Assembly: GCA_023231475.1 (NCBI GenBank)
Contig: JALJEE010002634.1
Location: 1-64,000, forward strand
DNA: 64,000 bases
Source of the DNA: Seison nebaliae
Taxonomy: Eukaryota
Reading direction: 5' to 3'
This document shows, piece after piece, positions 40,406 through 54,456 of the stretch; positions within the stretch are counted from its first letter, which is position 1; each line of letters opens with the position of its first letter. The translations under genes were made by a program, and so were the position numbers. The notes beneath the pieces were generated by a model. That model made no database searches. It worked only from the letters and a program-made list of their open reading frames with translations, and had not been told where the DNA came from.

Positions 40406-41293
40406 TTACTTCATTGTGATTTCAAAACTGAATAATTTGAAAATTGACCACAGAAGTTATCAAGTTCAAACCACTATAATAAGGAAACCAGCATTTGAGG
40501 AAACTTTTTACTTTTCGAACATATAAATAAATATATATATAATATAAATAAATATTCAAATTTCTTTGACAGAAAATCGAACTCCTTATATTCTATTTAC
40601 AGTTTAGTTTCACTGAATTATCCACTAGTGCGAAAGGAGAAAGCCGTAGAATTATTTCTAATCCGTTAAAACCGTCGCCATTTTTCTTTTAATATACCTG
40701 TTAAGTTTCAAAATTAAAATATATTAGAAGTTTACAAAATTAAAGTTACATTAGATGAAAAAACGTTTGAAACTGATCATGAGTGACCTAAGAGTGAAAT
40801 ACTTTGAACAATTTTGTTGCACCCTAATTCAAGTTGGGAAAATCGTTAGGAAGTAATAATATTTTCTCAGATCCGAATGATTTAGCTAGCTATTCGATGT
40901 AACGCATATTAAACTTTTATACGTCATCATTCGACAATTTTCTTTTTCATAGATTAGATAAATATCCATTGAGATATGATACATGGAAGAAAATGTTTCT
41001 CGGAATCAAATATCGGAACTACATCCGTACTGTACAACTAATATTAATTCCGTTTATTGATAATATTTTTTTTAGAAGCGGATGAAATAAAATGGATTGA
41101 TGTATTTATTACTGATGCTAATCATAAATATGATAATGATAAGAACGTGTCTTATTCCTTCCATTCATCAAATTATAATGTTGTTAGACAATCGGCCTCG
41201 TTCGAATATTCTTAGCACGTTCTTTTATCTGAAAATACTCTCTAAATGTTACGTAATATATCATTCTCTAAAAACATCAGAAAAATTTCTGAA
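40406..41293 (+). pseudogene. Spliced, stop-interrupted MAM-domain-like gene (pseudogene or editing-dependent gene)
   Basis: Six phase-consistent exons separated by 50, 55, 38, 54 and 49 nt introns translate to LHCDFKTE*FEN*PQ..TSI*GNFLLFEH..FYLQFSF..AKGESRRIISNPL..FFF*Y..EIL*TILL..DTWKKMFLGI..IQADEI. This follows the MAM motif order by eye. Further Cys-rich degraded frames flank it (about 38960-39350 and 41490-42040). Confidence 0.5.
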
Positions 41294-44200
41294 GTAAATG
41301 TATTTTTTCTCACGAACATTTTTGATGGAACAATGGAAAGCAGTTTGATCGAATATTCTGATAAGGCATGCATCCAATTTATCTTACCATTTAGTCTTTT
41401 AATATTTTTAAGAAAATTAGTTGAAAAAAATTTTGAAATAAATTTTCTCATTTAAAAAATTTACCTTAATTCATATTATTAATTCTCTTACAGAAAATTC
41501 CTAAATACAGAGCATATTTCGTTGAACTGAAGAATAAGGAATATATACAGAATTATCAATGAAACAAAAAAAATCCATTACTTTAGGTGCCACTGACTCA
41601 ATGACAAGTATTACATGTGATAGAAATTATTGATTATTCATCGATTTGTACTGCAATCTAATTACTCAAAATTATCAGTTTTTTCTCTAATTATTGAATT
41701 GTTTTGGTTGATGACATTTTTTTTATCTATTATTTCTGCACTCCTATTTGAAGGAAGGAACAATAAGAATTGTCATTGTCAATAAAAATAAAAATATTTC
41801 AATAACAAATAATCGAACAAATTTTATATTGTGCAACAAGAGTGCAACACATAAATTTTGAAAGGAAAGTATTGGAGGGAATAATGTCTTATAAATCAAC
41901 AGGATAGTAATAATAGATTTGTTAAAGGAAAGAAGAAAAACATTTAATAATTTGTGCTTCGTATGATTCCATTTGCAACAACGATTCATTTCTCATATGG
42001 GAAAATTTTTGAAACTAATTATTGCTCCGATATTAATATCGTAATGAGAATTTGTTATATAAAGATCATATAATTCTATACATCTTTATCGGAATTTTTC
42101 TTTCTTTTTGAAATTCTCTAAAACAAAAATAAATTATAAACCCAAAAAAAAAGAATAATGATTCTTTCCTCATGGATTATATCACATTTGGATCATTCGT
42201 TTAAATTTAATGATGGGAAGGACCATTAACAATCAAGCAACAGATTTATCATTATAAAAAATTTCCGTAACTACACGAATCATGTTGTGGAGAATTGTTG
42301 TGTTTTTTTCAACAATTTTTTTTCATTAAATTGGAATGATTAACTGAACAGAATCGCAAGATGTTTCTCAGATAATAGAAGAGAAAGTGTTTTTTTTTGC
42401 TTTTTTGACAGACATGAAATATGCAAATCGAATGCACGAAATTTCATTATTACAAAATGTTATTATTGCAGTCATCTATTATTTTAGAAGAATAGAATAT
42501 TGTTATTTTCTTAATTTTATATGGGTTATTAAAATTTTTTGATTTCTCTTTTTCTCCTAAAAAGAACATTGCGATATCTTGTATCTAAATGCATCTTCTT
42601 TATATCTGATTCTTTGTTTCTTCCATAAATTATATTCCCAACATAAGTCAAATTAGGTTCAAGTACCAAGAATTCATTCTCTGAGGAAAGAAAGAGAATC
42701 CTACACAGTTAGAGAAAAAGATTATCTCTCAATCTTTCTATCTTTTAACGGAATAGTTGTCACTTCGATCTACTGATGGAAGATTGGGCTATATGGGAAA
42801 TGAGAATTTAGGAGATAATTACCAATATAGGATTTCTTATAATCTGTTTCTTTTTTCTTATTTTTCCCCTCTTAACATTTTCAACATAATCATCCGTAAC
42901 TTTCATTAATAAACAAACGGAAACTATTTTCTCCAAATAATTACTTTCCTTACTTGTTAGTTATAAAAGTAACCAACAAAAAATCTTACGCAATATTATA
43001 AGACGCATTCTGTAAGATTTTGTTTATGTGATTTTCTCCCGAGAACCTTTTTAGTTTCTAAAACAAATTTCAGGAGAAGAACTAATGCATAATGTTTTAG
43101 ATGAATCTAATATAAGTATTCCTACAAATGTTTATATTATAACAAATAAATTATAAATAAATAAAAGAGAATTAATATTTCTCATTATTGACGTTTTTAA
43201 GTACAACATAATTGTACAATAAAGAAGATGCACTAACATTTTTTATAAGTTGAACTTGGAAATATTTAAGATATGTATCGTTCGTGGTGGACATGACTAA
43301 TCCAATAATTGTCCTTAATAAACGGAATTGAAATTAAACGATCGCCTTTCTTATATAAGAATTAATCGGACAATCATAAAAATTGTGAAATAATAATTCA
43401 ATGAAGGAGAAGAAATAATCCTATTTCTCCTTTCGTCAATTGCATAATAGTCGATGTGAGAGGTGAAAAAATAGTGAATAGTTAAGAACAGAAAAATGAA
43501 TTGGTTAGTCTTTTAGGAGAGTTTGACAAACGATCTTTCCGTTATGAGTTACCTTTGTATTGAATTTGAAGAAAGGACGAATTTTGGAAAGGAATTGGAG
43601 AATTACACATTAAACCGAAGGACGACTAGGGAATGAAGAATAACAATATCCTATAGTTCTGGAGTTTTCTATTAAGTCAGTTGACATAAGATTGGCATTC
43701 TTTTATTCAAAAAAAAAGAGAAAATGATACGACTTAAATTTTTTTTGTTAAAACATCTATCGAACTTATCAATAATTCTCATAACATTTTATATGCAACT
43801 ACACGATATTCGTCAAGTAAATAAAAAAAGACAAATATTTTATTGATTTAAAATGATTGATTATTAATTCTGTTTTTATTTATCGAGAAAACATATAAAG
43901 GTAGGCAGATGCGGAGAATGTGTAAAAGGAATAGTTGATAAACAAAAAACTGACGCAATAGATCGGGAAGTAATGATACCGTAATATTTCTAATTCCCTA
44001 AATTCATTAATAAACTAAAATTTGAATGATCATCTAATTAAACATTTCGTTTCCAGGAATCGTATAGTAACACATTTTAAAGAATTATTATTATTCGGGG
44101 GATCTTTCAATCCAGTTTCCTTTACATTTAAATGAATTTATTAGAAATCAAAAATTTTTCATCCGGGATATTTTGGTAAATTTGGAATCGTTTAAATTTG

Positions 44201-44377
44201 GGATAAGATGGAATTATCAATTAGAGAATTTGTTCGTTTTTATTCGATTTCGTATAAGATTAATCCTCAATCTTATGCTTTTGGAAAGTGACGTATTAAT
44301 ACGTGTCATGCCATATCATACAATAAATGGGACAGATGCATAATAGGTGTGACTAACGTCGATCTCAGTGCGACTAA

Positions 44378-47300
44378 TCATTCGATAGGGACCGGTACTT
44401 GTCGTTGTTTGTAGCATTTCTTTTTATTTATCTTTCTCGGAATTGTTTCACGAAAAAGTTCGTCGTTTTTTTTATGAATGATATCGATATGTTTGTCGAT
44501 GAAGGCATGCAAACACTGATAATGAAAATAGGATATGCATCGTTCGTAAGAAATACATCGATTGATTATCTATATTAAGTTTGATGAAAGAATAAATGAA
44601 TTTAATAATATGGGGAAAGAATAAGGGAGCAAATATGTCATTAGTAGTCATGTTGACTAGCTGGAAAAGTGGATTATTTTTCGATTTGTCTATATCATTC
44701 ATAACTACTAACACATTAATAAATTGGACAAACTTTCCTTCAAGTATATCAAGTGAAATGTTGATAGGAAGTGGATTGAACTCTTTCAATGTAACTAACT
44801 ACCGAATGTTACTAAAACTTTCATCTACGATTATCTCAGTCGGATAAAGTAGTGGAGGAGAGTTATTTCTTTTATTTTTTTTTGATGTTTAAAATTCATG
44901 TAATGTGATTAGCTGTTCGAGTAGATTCTACACTTTAAATGCGAGATATATTTAATGTAGATTATTATTCATATCGTATATGTCGATATTGTTGGATAGA
45001 ATAAAACAAATGAGAAAGAAAACGGAAATACTGTTGCATCTATTGGAAGTTAAAGTGGATCAAATGGGAAAGTGGAAACCCTTAAAAATATGAAGTAAGA
45101 AAAATAGGAAGAACAAAAACAATAATAATTAATTTTAACAATTAATTTAGAAAATAGAATTATTTTCGCGCTTAATAGTAAGATATGGATGAATAATAAG
45201 ATTATGATATGATAATGCTTTTTTTATTTGTTTATACGACGACTAATAACAATGGAAGAAAGACAAGAAATTAAACACGATTTTATCATTTCCAGTCCTT
45301 TCCTTTTTTTCTTTTACATAACTTTTCATCCTCTTTAAAGGAATGATCGTTTATATAAATTTAGTTCTTGAAGAACAGAATTCTTCTATTAAGAATTATC
45401 CGGGAAATTTTCACTTTCAATTTTAAAAAATTATACATAACAGATTCATTGTGCACCAGCATCGATTCAGCTGGAGCTTCTTCGTTTGTTGACGAATTCT
45501 GAGTTGTTGTTCCAATCTTTTGATAATTATTCTGGCCATCTGAAGACTTCATGGTTTTATCAAGAATGAATTTGGAGGAAAGTGTTATCCAGTGAACAAA
45601 ATTGTCAATTGATCCGCTGGAATGAGAAACTAATATTTTTTTTGAAAAAATCTTCTGTTATTTCATGATTTGACTAATAAAAATATTTTGTCAATATAAT
45701 TTGCCTGAATGTAGTTATGATTCTGCTGTTGAAGAAATCTTACCGATTTAATTGAATTTTCATCATTTTTTCGTTCTAATGGTGAGTATAGGAGGGAAGT
45801 GTCGAAGGTCGAATTACTTGTGAAATTATTATTATAAAATTTATATTCAATTTAAATATAAGGAGGAAATAAGAATAGAAAGAAAACGGAACAAAGCAAA
45901 CATGATTTCCTTCGATGATGAAAGATCGTTTTGGTTGTCGATCATTAATCACAATAACATTCAGCCGATCTCTCCGCTGGAAGAAACAAATGGCAAAATG
46001 TTAACAATCGGAATGATATTCGTTCTTTATATTTGTTCGAATGCATATATACACCACATAAATGATTTGTATATGAAAATACTTAACTCCACTGTTTTAA
46101 GGAACGAAACGAGACAATTGCAATTCAGATATTATATATCAATTATATAACAAATCTTGAAGATTATTCTATAATCTTGATTTTCGATGCAATAATCGGT
46201 TCATAGAAAAATAGGTACAAATAAAACGATGAAAGCTATTTCCATATTATGAAATTCATCCTTCTGATTATGCAATATCTTTAACCAATCATACATAATT
46301 CTTGGATCAATTGACTCTATTCAACATATTCAACTTCACCAAATAGGAATTTGATCCATAAACACTTCAATTTTCATCCTCCGGCTGATTCATTATTAAT
46401 AATTTGGTCAACGAACTAAAACTACTTTGTTGATCGTCTGTTTTCTTTCAAAATTTATATCCAATCTATATTCTTCAAATCACACACTGAAAAATTAGAA
46501 AGTTCTCGTCAAAACGAATTTTGATTTTTATTAATAATAATTTTTTCTTTTAACTGAAATTCAACATAATTTCATAAAAGAAATTATAAAAATAACATAT
46601 AATAATATAAATGAATTTAATTAAATCTTACATAATAATCGAAATAAATATCAACTACAAATATTATCATAACTTCGTATAATAAGAAATACGAGTAGAA
46701 TATAAGAATTGAAGTTATTCGTACATTTAAAAATTTGAAGAATCCATACATTTTTTATTCGTAAGATATTCTTTTGAGAACTGAAAAACAAATGAATTTG
46801 TTGATTTAGTAAGGTTGATTTAGTGGAAATATACCATTGTTTGCTTCACTACTTAATTACCTATAGACAATCATATATTCTTATATTTATGATTTAATAT
46901 TATGGTTCGATAATGGTCCACTTGAGAAAGAAATCGGGTTACTTCGTACTCAACCCGTGTTTTGATTAACGATTTCATTTTCTCCATCGAATAAAATTCA
47001 TTGGAAATAATAAATTGGAATTAAAAGTTGATGCACAATATCGAAAGAAAATAATAATGTTACGTGTAGATGAAATATGATAAAATCATGCATAATATAT
47101 AGAACATACAATCAGATAAATATAAATCGGGAAAGATAACATAAACCCTTTTTCATTGTTGTCAATGGAATGTGAAATGCATATTCTGGAAGTCGATGAT
47201 ACATATGATGATATTCATAAGAAAATTTATATTTGGATTCCCGAATATAATAACCCGTATTTGGATGTTTGAGACAGAAAGAATCATCAGATAAAGAGTA

Positions 47301-49070
47301 TAACATGACAATTAACTAATTAATTGACAAGAAGTCTCTATTAGTTGGAAGATTGTCATTGAACAATCGTATTTCATAACAATGGATGAGAAAATGAAGT
47401 GGAAGGAAAAAGGAAATGACAAAATTGACCGACAAGTTCATTGAAAATAAATGTTTTGGGGATTGATTGAAAGAAGTATTTATATACAAAAGAATCGTAT
47501 TGAAATAAGGAGAATTTTTTCGATTGAGACAGAAAAGATGAAGCATATATTATGTAAGATGAAGCAAGGGAATTTATGTATTTCTTTTCTTTTATATATA
47601 TTCCATCGTCAATATCATCTCACACATTATTAATAAATATGAAATCCTTCCTTCTCATCAAAATTCATGCATCGGATTCTTATGGTGAGATGTATAGTGA
47701 CTTTCATTTGAAAAAAAAAAGTCATCTTCTATAGCCAACGGCAACTAGCTGATTATACTTAACTGATCATGGTAAAGAAGATTTTCCTGACTTTGAACTT
47801 TAATGAACTTAATCTTCATGGAAAGATGCATATCAGTACATTCTATTCCACTTGAGTGTGTATGTGAAATTCCTGATTATTGACAATGCTTCATATTGAA
47901 TAAAACACCATAAATAAGAATTTTATATCTGGTTTATTTCATATAAATTTCAAGAAGTCATATGGTGGAAATGAAGATGAAGAAAGAAATAATATTCACA
48001 ATCATTGAGTTAGTGCATCATCTGTTTGAAAGAAAATGAAGGAAATTGAATGAGATCCTCCTAAATACCTAATGAAATTCTCTTTGACAGTGATATGTTC
48101 ATTTGGATGGAATATTAGTTGCGCAAATTGTCAAATGGACCTTCAGATTTATCATAGACAATTAAATGTTCAGATCTGTCAAATGATTCAATGTGTTTTC
48201 CAATTAATCATCAGTTTGATGACGACAAATATAAAAGTTCAAAATCGAAATCTCGTTAAGAAATTTAATTAATTAATTTTGTGCACTAAATATGCAGATA
48301 GTTCTATGTTGAACGTTATTAAACTCATCAAACTTTTAATTTAAGAAAAATTTTCTTCAAATTTAGATGGGTGTGACAAGTTAAAGAAGTGAAATTGGAA
48401 AAAGAAGAAAAAAGTAACCTTGAAATATTGGAACAGGAGTTCCTCGTCAATTTCTCCCTCAGCGTCGTCCATAGGGTCCGTCTTGTGCATGATATCATTT
48501 ATGGGAATGAATTGTTGATTGTTCTTTTTGGAGCAAACTATATAAAATATTAGAAAGATTTTAATTGTATTTGTGTACGATGGCATAGAAATTGAGAAAC
48601 GAAGGAGAATAAGTGTAATAAAGGAGGATTTGATAGAAATAAAAAAATGAAACACATAAAAGGAAGAAACACTGAATCTTGAACAATAATTAATTAAAAA
48701 ATATTATATTCTATTTCGTGATAGGCACTCGAAGAAATTTTAATCATGAAACCATAATAAACAATAAACCTTTATTGAGAATACCACGATCTAAAGGATT
48801 TTTCCAGATAAATCGATATTTGCCTTGTATCATTGGAACTAATCTTGTTCGCCTTCGACTTTTTTTTCGTTTAATTTGCAAAGTGGTGTGAAAAGCACCA
48901 CTGTTGAACATCTTCCCTGCTAATCAAAATATATGAGTATTATTAGCAATTTATGTAAGGAGTTTTTCTCTTGACGAACATGTGTCAAACAACATCAACG
49001 TATACGCATAATCGTAATCATGATCGCTGATGAACGAGGAGTAAGGGCAATCATATTTAACGGAATCCAT
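44378..49070 (-). CDS. Predicted 9-exon protein of unknown function, possibly with PH-like domain(s)
   Basis: Phase-consistent GT-AG chain: 49070-48980, 48919-48785, 48537-48419, 47315-47147, 46316-46228, 45976-45902, 45775-45744, 45616-45442, 44569-44378. Two segments resemble PH C-terminal helices (SIDPRIMYDWLKIL and GSIDNFVHWITL). Exons may be missing or misassigned. Confidence 0.4.
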
Positions 49071-50508
49071 TCCATTTTCCGTTAGAAAAATAATTTTTAT
49101 TTATCTCATCCGAAATAAGATGGACAATTATAACAGAAACAATATGTCCACTCTCTTGCATAATCGCTAAACTTTCTTAGATAAATTGGCATTTTTCATC
49201 TCACTTGTCTTAGTTTTCGATGAGATAATGCATCTAATTCGGAAAAAATCCTCTTCTGCTATATCCTATTGTTAAAATTTTCACATTAACATATATAACA
49301 AGTTGGATTTGTTCGCTTTTCCTTTATCCCGAAAATTTCTACTTCTCCAACTTCTACTACTACTATATACCTTAACTAGACGTATTTGCTCGTCGTGAAA
49401 GATGCCTTCAAAAAAAATTAATATTCTGAATTTATTAAATTTTCTTTTATTTTAATAAGGAATTTTTGTCTAATCTCATTAATATTATGTGGCATATAAA
49501 TTAATTTTGTTCTACTTCATTGAATTCAATGAAGAACGTAATGACCAATATTGATCAAACACTTCTTCAAAAAAATTAACTTCATCTCAAGAAGCATCAA
49601 CTCACTCTCAATTTCCAGAATATGTACGTACTACGTTTTTTTGGAAGAAATTAACTCATTGACATTATTATTGCACATTTTCTTTGGAGAAGACAGGTAC
49701 TAAGAAAAGGGTTAGTAATAAGCATCATAGTAAATAATCGAAACGTAATTAACGTTAAAAGTAACTAACCCTTAAGGATATTTTGAAGTGATTTCCTTTT
49801 GAAAAATAAGTTATCTGCTAAACATTCCCTAATAGAATGATCAACTTATTCTCCAACATAAAATCAATCATTTCTATGATTGATTGGAATAGAAAAGAAT
49901 GGAAAAAGGTCTAGTTGCTAAAGACATGTGTTATATCAATCATGAACTTTAAAATTGATAGTATATCATTTCCTACCTATCATTGATTTCTCACAAAAAA
50001 TGAACGAATTCTAGTATTGGACATGAGTTAGTTGTTGTTCGGTGCATAGAAATTTAAGCAATTTTTAAGATTAAGTTTGAATGTTTTTTTTTCGAGTTAT
50101 TCCCGAGAGATATATTAGCAAAAGTAACCCATGTTGTTAGACGAATCTTTTTTGATAATAATTCAGCCCGAAATGTAATCAAATATATGATTAGTGTTCT
50201 GAATGTTCGTACGTTGGAAACAAGATTATCGATTTTTAAATAATTTACATATTATGTAGAAGCCTTGAAATTTTTCTTTTCATTCTAGCATGTTTTTCAT
50301 CATAATAATTAGATGATTTAAAAATAATTTCTTTATTAATTGCTCATAATTGTACGTCGATTGGGTATTCAGATTAGTCCAAAACTTCTACGCTTCTACT
50401 TGGAAAAGTTCTAGAAGTTATTCATGAATGTCTTTAATTAGATTATTTTCTTAAAACGACATTTTTTATGTCGATTCTTTATTGAAGTCTATTCTAAACT
50501 AACTAATT

Positions 50509-52470
50509 TTAACTACCTTCAATGGTACGAGACGCATCCGAGTTACCACCACTAGTTTTGTTTAAGTTTTGTTGAGCATTTTTAACTGGGGTCGGTTGGG
50601 TGCCAGCGCCAGGAGTCTCTTGAGTTTTTCCCGTTCCTGTATATTGTGTTCCTCCACCTTGCGTTGGATGAGTGCTGTGCTCGGGTGTCTGCTGGGTACC
50701 TGGTCCTCCTGTGTGTTGAGTACCTTCCCCGGGATTCTGCTGAGTTTTTCCCGTGCCGGTATATTGAGTACCTTCCCCGGGAGTTTGTTGAGTCTTTCCA
50801 GTTCCTGTATATTGAGTACCTCCACCTTGTGTTGGATGGGTGCTTTGCCCTGGTGTCTGTTGAGTACCTGGTCCTCCTGTATATTGAGTACCTTCCCCTG
50901 GAGTCTGTTGAGTTTTTCCAGTCCCTGTATATTGAGTACCTCCACCTTGTGTTGGATGGGTGCTATGTCCAGGTGTCTGTTGAGTACCTGGTCCTCCTGC
51001 ATATTGAGTACCTTCCCCAGGAGTCTGTTGAGTTTTTCCAGTCCCTGCATATTGAGTACCTCCACCTTCTGTTGGATGGGTGCTATGTCCAGATGTTTGT
51101 TGGGTACCAGTACCAGGAGTTTGTTGAGTTTTTCCTGTTCCTGTATATTGAGTATCTCCACCTTGTGTTTGATGAGTGCTCTGTCCAGGTGTTTGTTGAG
51201 TGCCAGTCCCAGGAGTTTTTTGAGTACCAGTCCTAGGAGTTTGTTGAGTGCCAGTCCCAGGAGTTTGTTGAGTTTTGCCAGTTCCTGTATATTGAGTACC
51301 CCCACCTTGTGTTGGATATGTGCTGTTTCCAGTTGTTTTTTGGGTACTTGGAACATCAGTATGGTGAGAGCTGTATCCAGGAGTCTGTTGAGTTTTTCCA
51401 GTTCCTGTATATTGAGTACCTCCACCTTGTGTTGGATGAGTGCTCTGTCCAGGTGTTTGTTGGGTGCCAGTGCCAGGAGTTCCTGTGTATTGAGTTCCTT
51501 CACCTTGAGTTGGATATGTGCTTTGTCCAGTAGTTTTTTGCGTACTTGGAACATCAGTATGACGAGCACTTCCACTCCCCGCGGGTTGAGTGGTTTTACC
51601 GCGAGTCTTGCTTCCTGTTGGTTGTGTTCCTGTCCCTTCAGTAGACTGGCTGTTTTCATCTCCAGGAGGTTGAAGTCCCCAACCTCCAGTAAGTAAGTTA
51701 CTTCTTTCAGAAGTATGTTCAGTTGTTTTACGTTCTGTGTATTGGGTTCCCCCTTCTCCTGTTGGTTGTGTACCACCACCTGGAGTACCTTGAGTACCAG
51801 TAGCGCCAGTTCGTTGAGCAGTTCCATATCCTGATTCTTTAGTTTGTTCATTATAACTGGGTTGAGTTTGTTCTTTTGTACTCTGTTCTTTACTCCCACC
51901 GTCACTACTTCCACCAGAACTTCCACTACTTCGACTATTCTTAATGATCTATTTAAGAATAATAGATAATTCTTTCTTTGTTGAAAAAAAAATAACTCGA
52001 TAAATTAGAAATGTAATTCCCAATCCTGCGGCACCTAACATTCCATAATAGATCCAACTCTTTGTTTTCGGGGCAAGATGATGTTTAATACAAACATCAG
52101 AAAAGTCTTTTAAATACTTTATCGAAATATTAAATTTTTAGTTAAACAATTTAAATAAAACTTCTTTTTCATCTTTTATTTTTTCCAAATAAACAGTTTC
52201 CGATCTGGGTAGATTAAATATTCTTTTAATTTCGTTCACCACATCACTAACGGATTCGAAAGATACTTCTTTTATTTCCAGATTCTCTTGACCATCCACT
52301 ATGCGATTACCGGATTGAGTTAGTTTAGACAAATTTTCTTCGAACAAAGGAGACGCTTTATCAGGACACACTTCTCCAAAACATTCTTCGTTGTTAGCTG
52401 CATATGCAGCTACCGTATTCTTTAGATCAACTTTCTTACCATCTTTCTTGTCGAATATGAAACCCCACAT
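50509..52470 (-). CDS. Single-pass membrane protein (about 622 aa) with a long Gly/Thr/Gln octapeptide-repeat C-terminal region
   Basis: Exons 52470-52162, 52116-51997 (TM WIYYGMLGAAGLGITFLIY) and 51948-50509, all phase 0. The third exon is a 480-codon open frame absent from the ORF track: ...GTQYTGTG KTQQTPGE GTQYTGGP GTQQTPGH STHPTQGG... Repeat variation falls mostly at third codon positions in this frame. Confidence 0.75.
50590..51540 (-). repeat. 24-bp coding tandem repeat with an imperfect 120-bp (5-unit) higher-order period
   Basis: Recurring TTGAGT at 24-bp spacing on the + strand. Near-identical 120-bp blocks at about 50808-51047. Confidence 0.9.
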
Positions 52471-52707
52471 ACTTCGATACTGCGAATTATTTTAAAAGAT
52501 AAAAATAATTATTATTCAGAATTTTAATTCTCAATTACAACAAAAACATTTATCCAAGAAAAAAAATATAAATCTAGAAACAAAATGAAACAGCAGATTG
52601 AAAATAAAAAACCGAAAAAGAAAGTTACAATTTATAGAATGAATAAGTTGTAGCTGATAAATTTGTTTGTTACATTTTCGTTAAAAATGAGTTTAGTTGT
52701 CCCGCTT

Positions 52708-53945
52708 TCAATTTTTCTTCGAACTTTCTTCTTCCGTTGGTGCGTTACCCAAATGAAATAAGTTAAACTTCTTCAATCTATTTATTGTCTATTAAAACGA
52801 AATTGAACAGAAATTGAAAAAAAAAAAGCAACTTCTTCTCTTTTATTATACAACCACACCAAAGCAACACTTCCAATAAACCACCAAATTCCATAAAAAA
52901 GATGGTCGTTTCCCAAACGCTGTTCTTGTTTCACATTAGTTGTATCTGACAATTCGTTTGTCCATGTGGTTGGAAATTCCTTTCAAAATATTTTCTCATT
53001 CTCTTATTATAAATATAAAACTAATAAACTGGCACAATTTCCTCCCGACCATTTACGACTTCATTATGTTCGAACATTTGATGGAAGCTCATATTCTCCA
53101 ATTTTCTCTTGATATATTCAATTTGTGTCATTTGTCTCTAACAAACAATTTTGACTTGATATAAAAAATAATAAAACTTTTGAAGAATCTAGCATTAATG
53201 ATTCACGTTCGTCATATTCATTAAATAATGATGTTTGAATCTTAGAAAAATAAGTTCCATCTGATGAATTAATATCACAATTATCGAATATCAATTGCGT
53301 GGGACTACCTAGAAACATTTCATCATCATCTCTTCTTGGAGTTTCAAATGGAGTTATCGAATCTAGGGGATTAGGTAACACTTTCATTGGTAACACTTTT
53401 TTATCTTCAATCTCTTCAACATATTGAGGGAAATAATTCGCTTCTCCTTCTACTGTCATTTGAGCATTATTTATAGTTAAACCAAGAGATGACCCTAAAA
53501 ATTCTAGAACTTCCTCTCCAATATCTATGAGATTGTATATCAAATTAGTTGGTAGATTACGTGTCAAAATATTTATGAAAATTGACTGACAAGTCTTCCG
53601 ATGAGTTTTCCATATATTTGAAAGTTTAAGTTTTGTTTCAAAAGTTTTTGTTTCTTTTAAATCTTCTTCACTCATAATTGCTCTTTCATATTTTATATTC
53701 TTCATTAAATCGATATGTTCATGACTCTTTTCTATTTGAGATATAGTTGCATAATTTGTTTTTTCAAGTTCCTGCTTGTACGATCTATTTATTAATATTT
53801 TTAACATTCTTAAATCATCCAAACGACGTCGACATTCTTTCATTCTACGGTACTTCTTAGTATTAACAATACTTCGTTTATTAATGATTCGTTTTGACCG
53901 TCTGACATGTGTTGTACTGTAATGTGGAGAAGTGATGATATCCAT
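52708..53945 (-). CDS. Protein of about 367 aa with a basic N-terminus and a near-C-terminal transmembrane helix, unknown function
   Basis: Exons 53945-53178, 53137-53030, 52979-52833 (LFYGIWWFIGSVALVWLY) and 52788-52708. Introns of 40, 50 and 44 nt, all phase 0. Confidence 0.7.
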
Positions 53946-54456
53946 CAGAATTTAAGTGAAGCCAGATAAAGACGAAAGTTTTTGAAGAGAAAATGGAAAA
54001 AATGAAATTGGAAATAAAACTTTTTAAAGTCAAATAGAACGAAATAAGTAAAAGACAATTAGATGGCATTACATTACATGTAATGGAAGTATATGAACAA
54101 TTAAAGTTGTAAATTTAATAATATGACAAAAATGAAGGGAACTGAACATATGTGAGAAAATAGAATGAAATTAGATTAATAAAATAGGAAGATCAGAAAA
54201 TTTGAAGAATTTCTTAAATATTATAAATAAACAGACACATAAGCACTAAATGATATAATAGTCAGATATGAGGGTATATTTTGATGAATCAGGATAAACT
54301 CAATAAATCTTCTATCAAGTTCTAGTCCAATTAAACTATTTAACTACTAGTCGATGGGATCAGTAAGAAATTCATTCATCGTTCATTGGATTGATCAATT
54401 GTCAACAATTCATCAATCAACTTCTTCATAAAAGCTATATAGGAACATATTTTCGA

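Noticed and set aside
40590..40685. Minus-strand NGDGFNGLEIIL resembling a DEG/ENaC motif
   Set aside because: It is bounded by stops with no other channel motifs, and the plus-strand spliced model explains the region better.
50562..51926. 454-aa minus-strand ORF and the 375/196/74-aa plus-strand ORFs over the repeat
   Set aside because: These are shadow frames of a stop-poor 24-bp repeat. Splice phase and third-position variation favour the G/T/Q frame.
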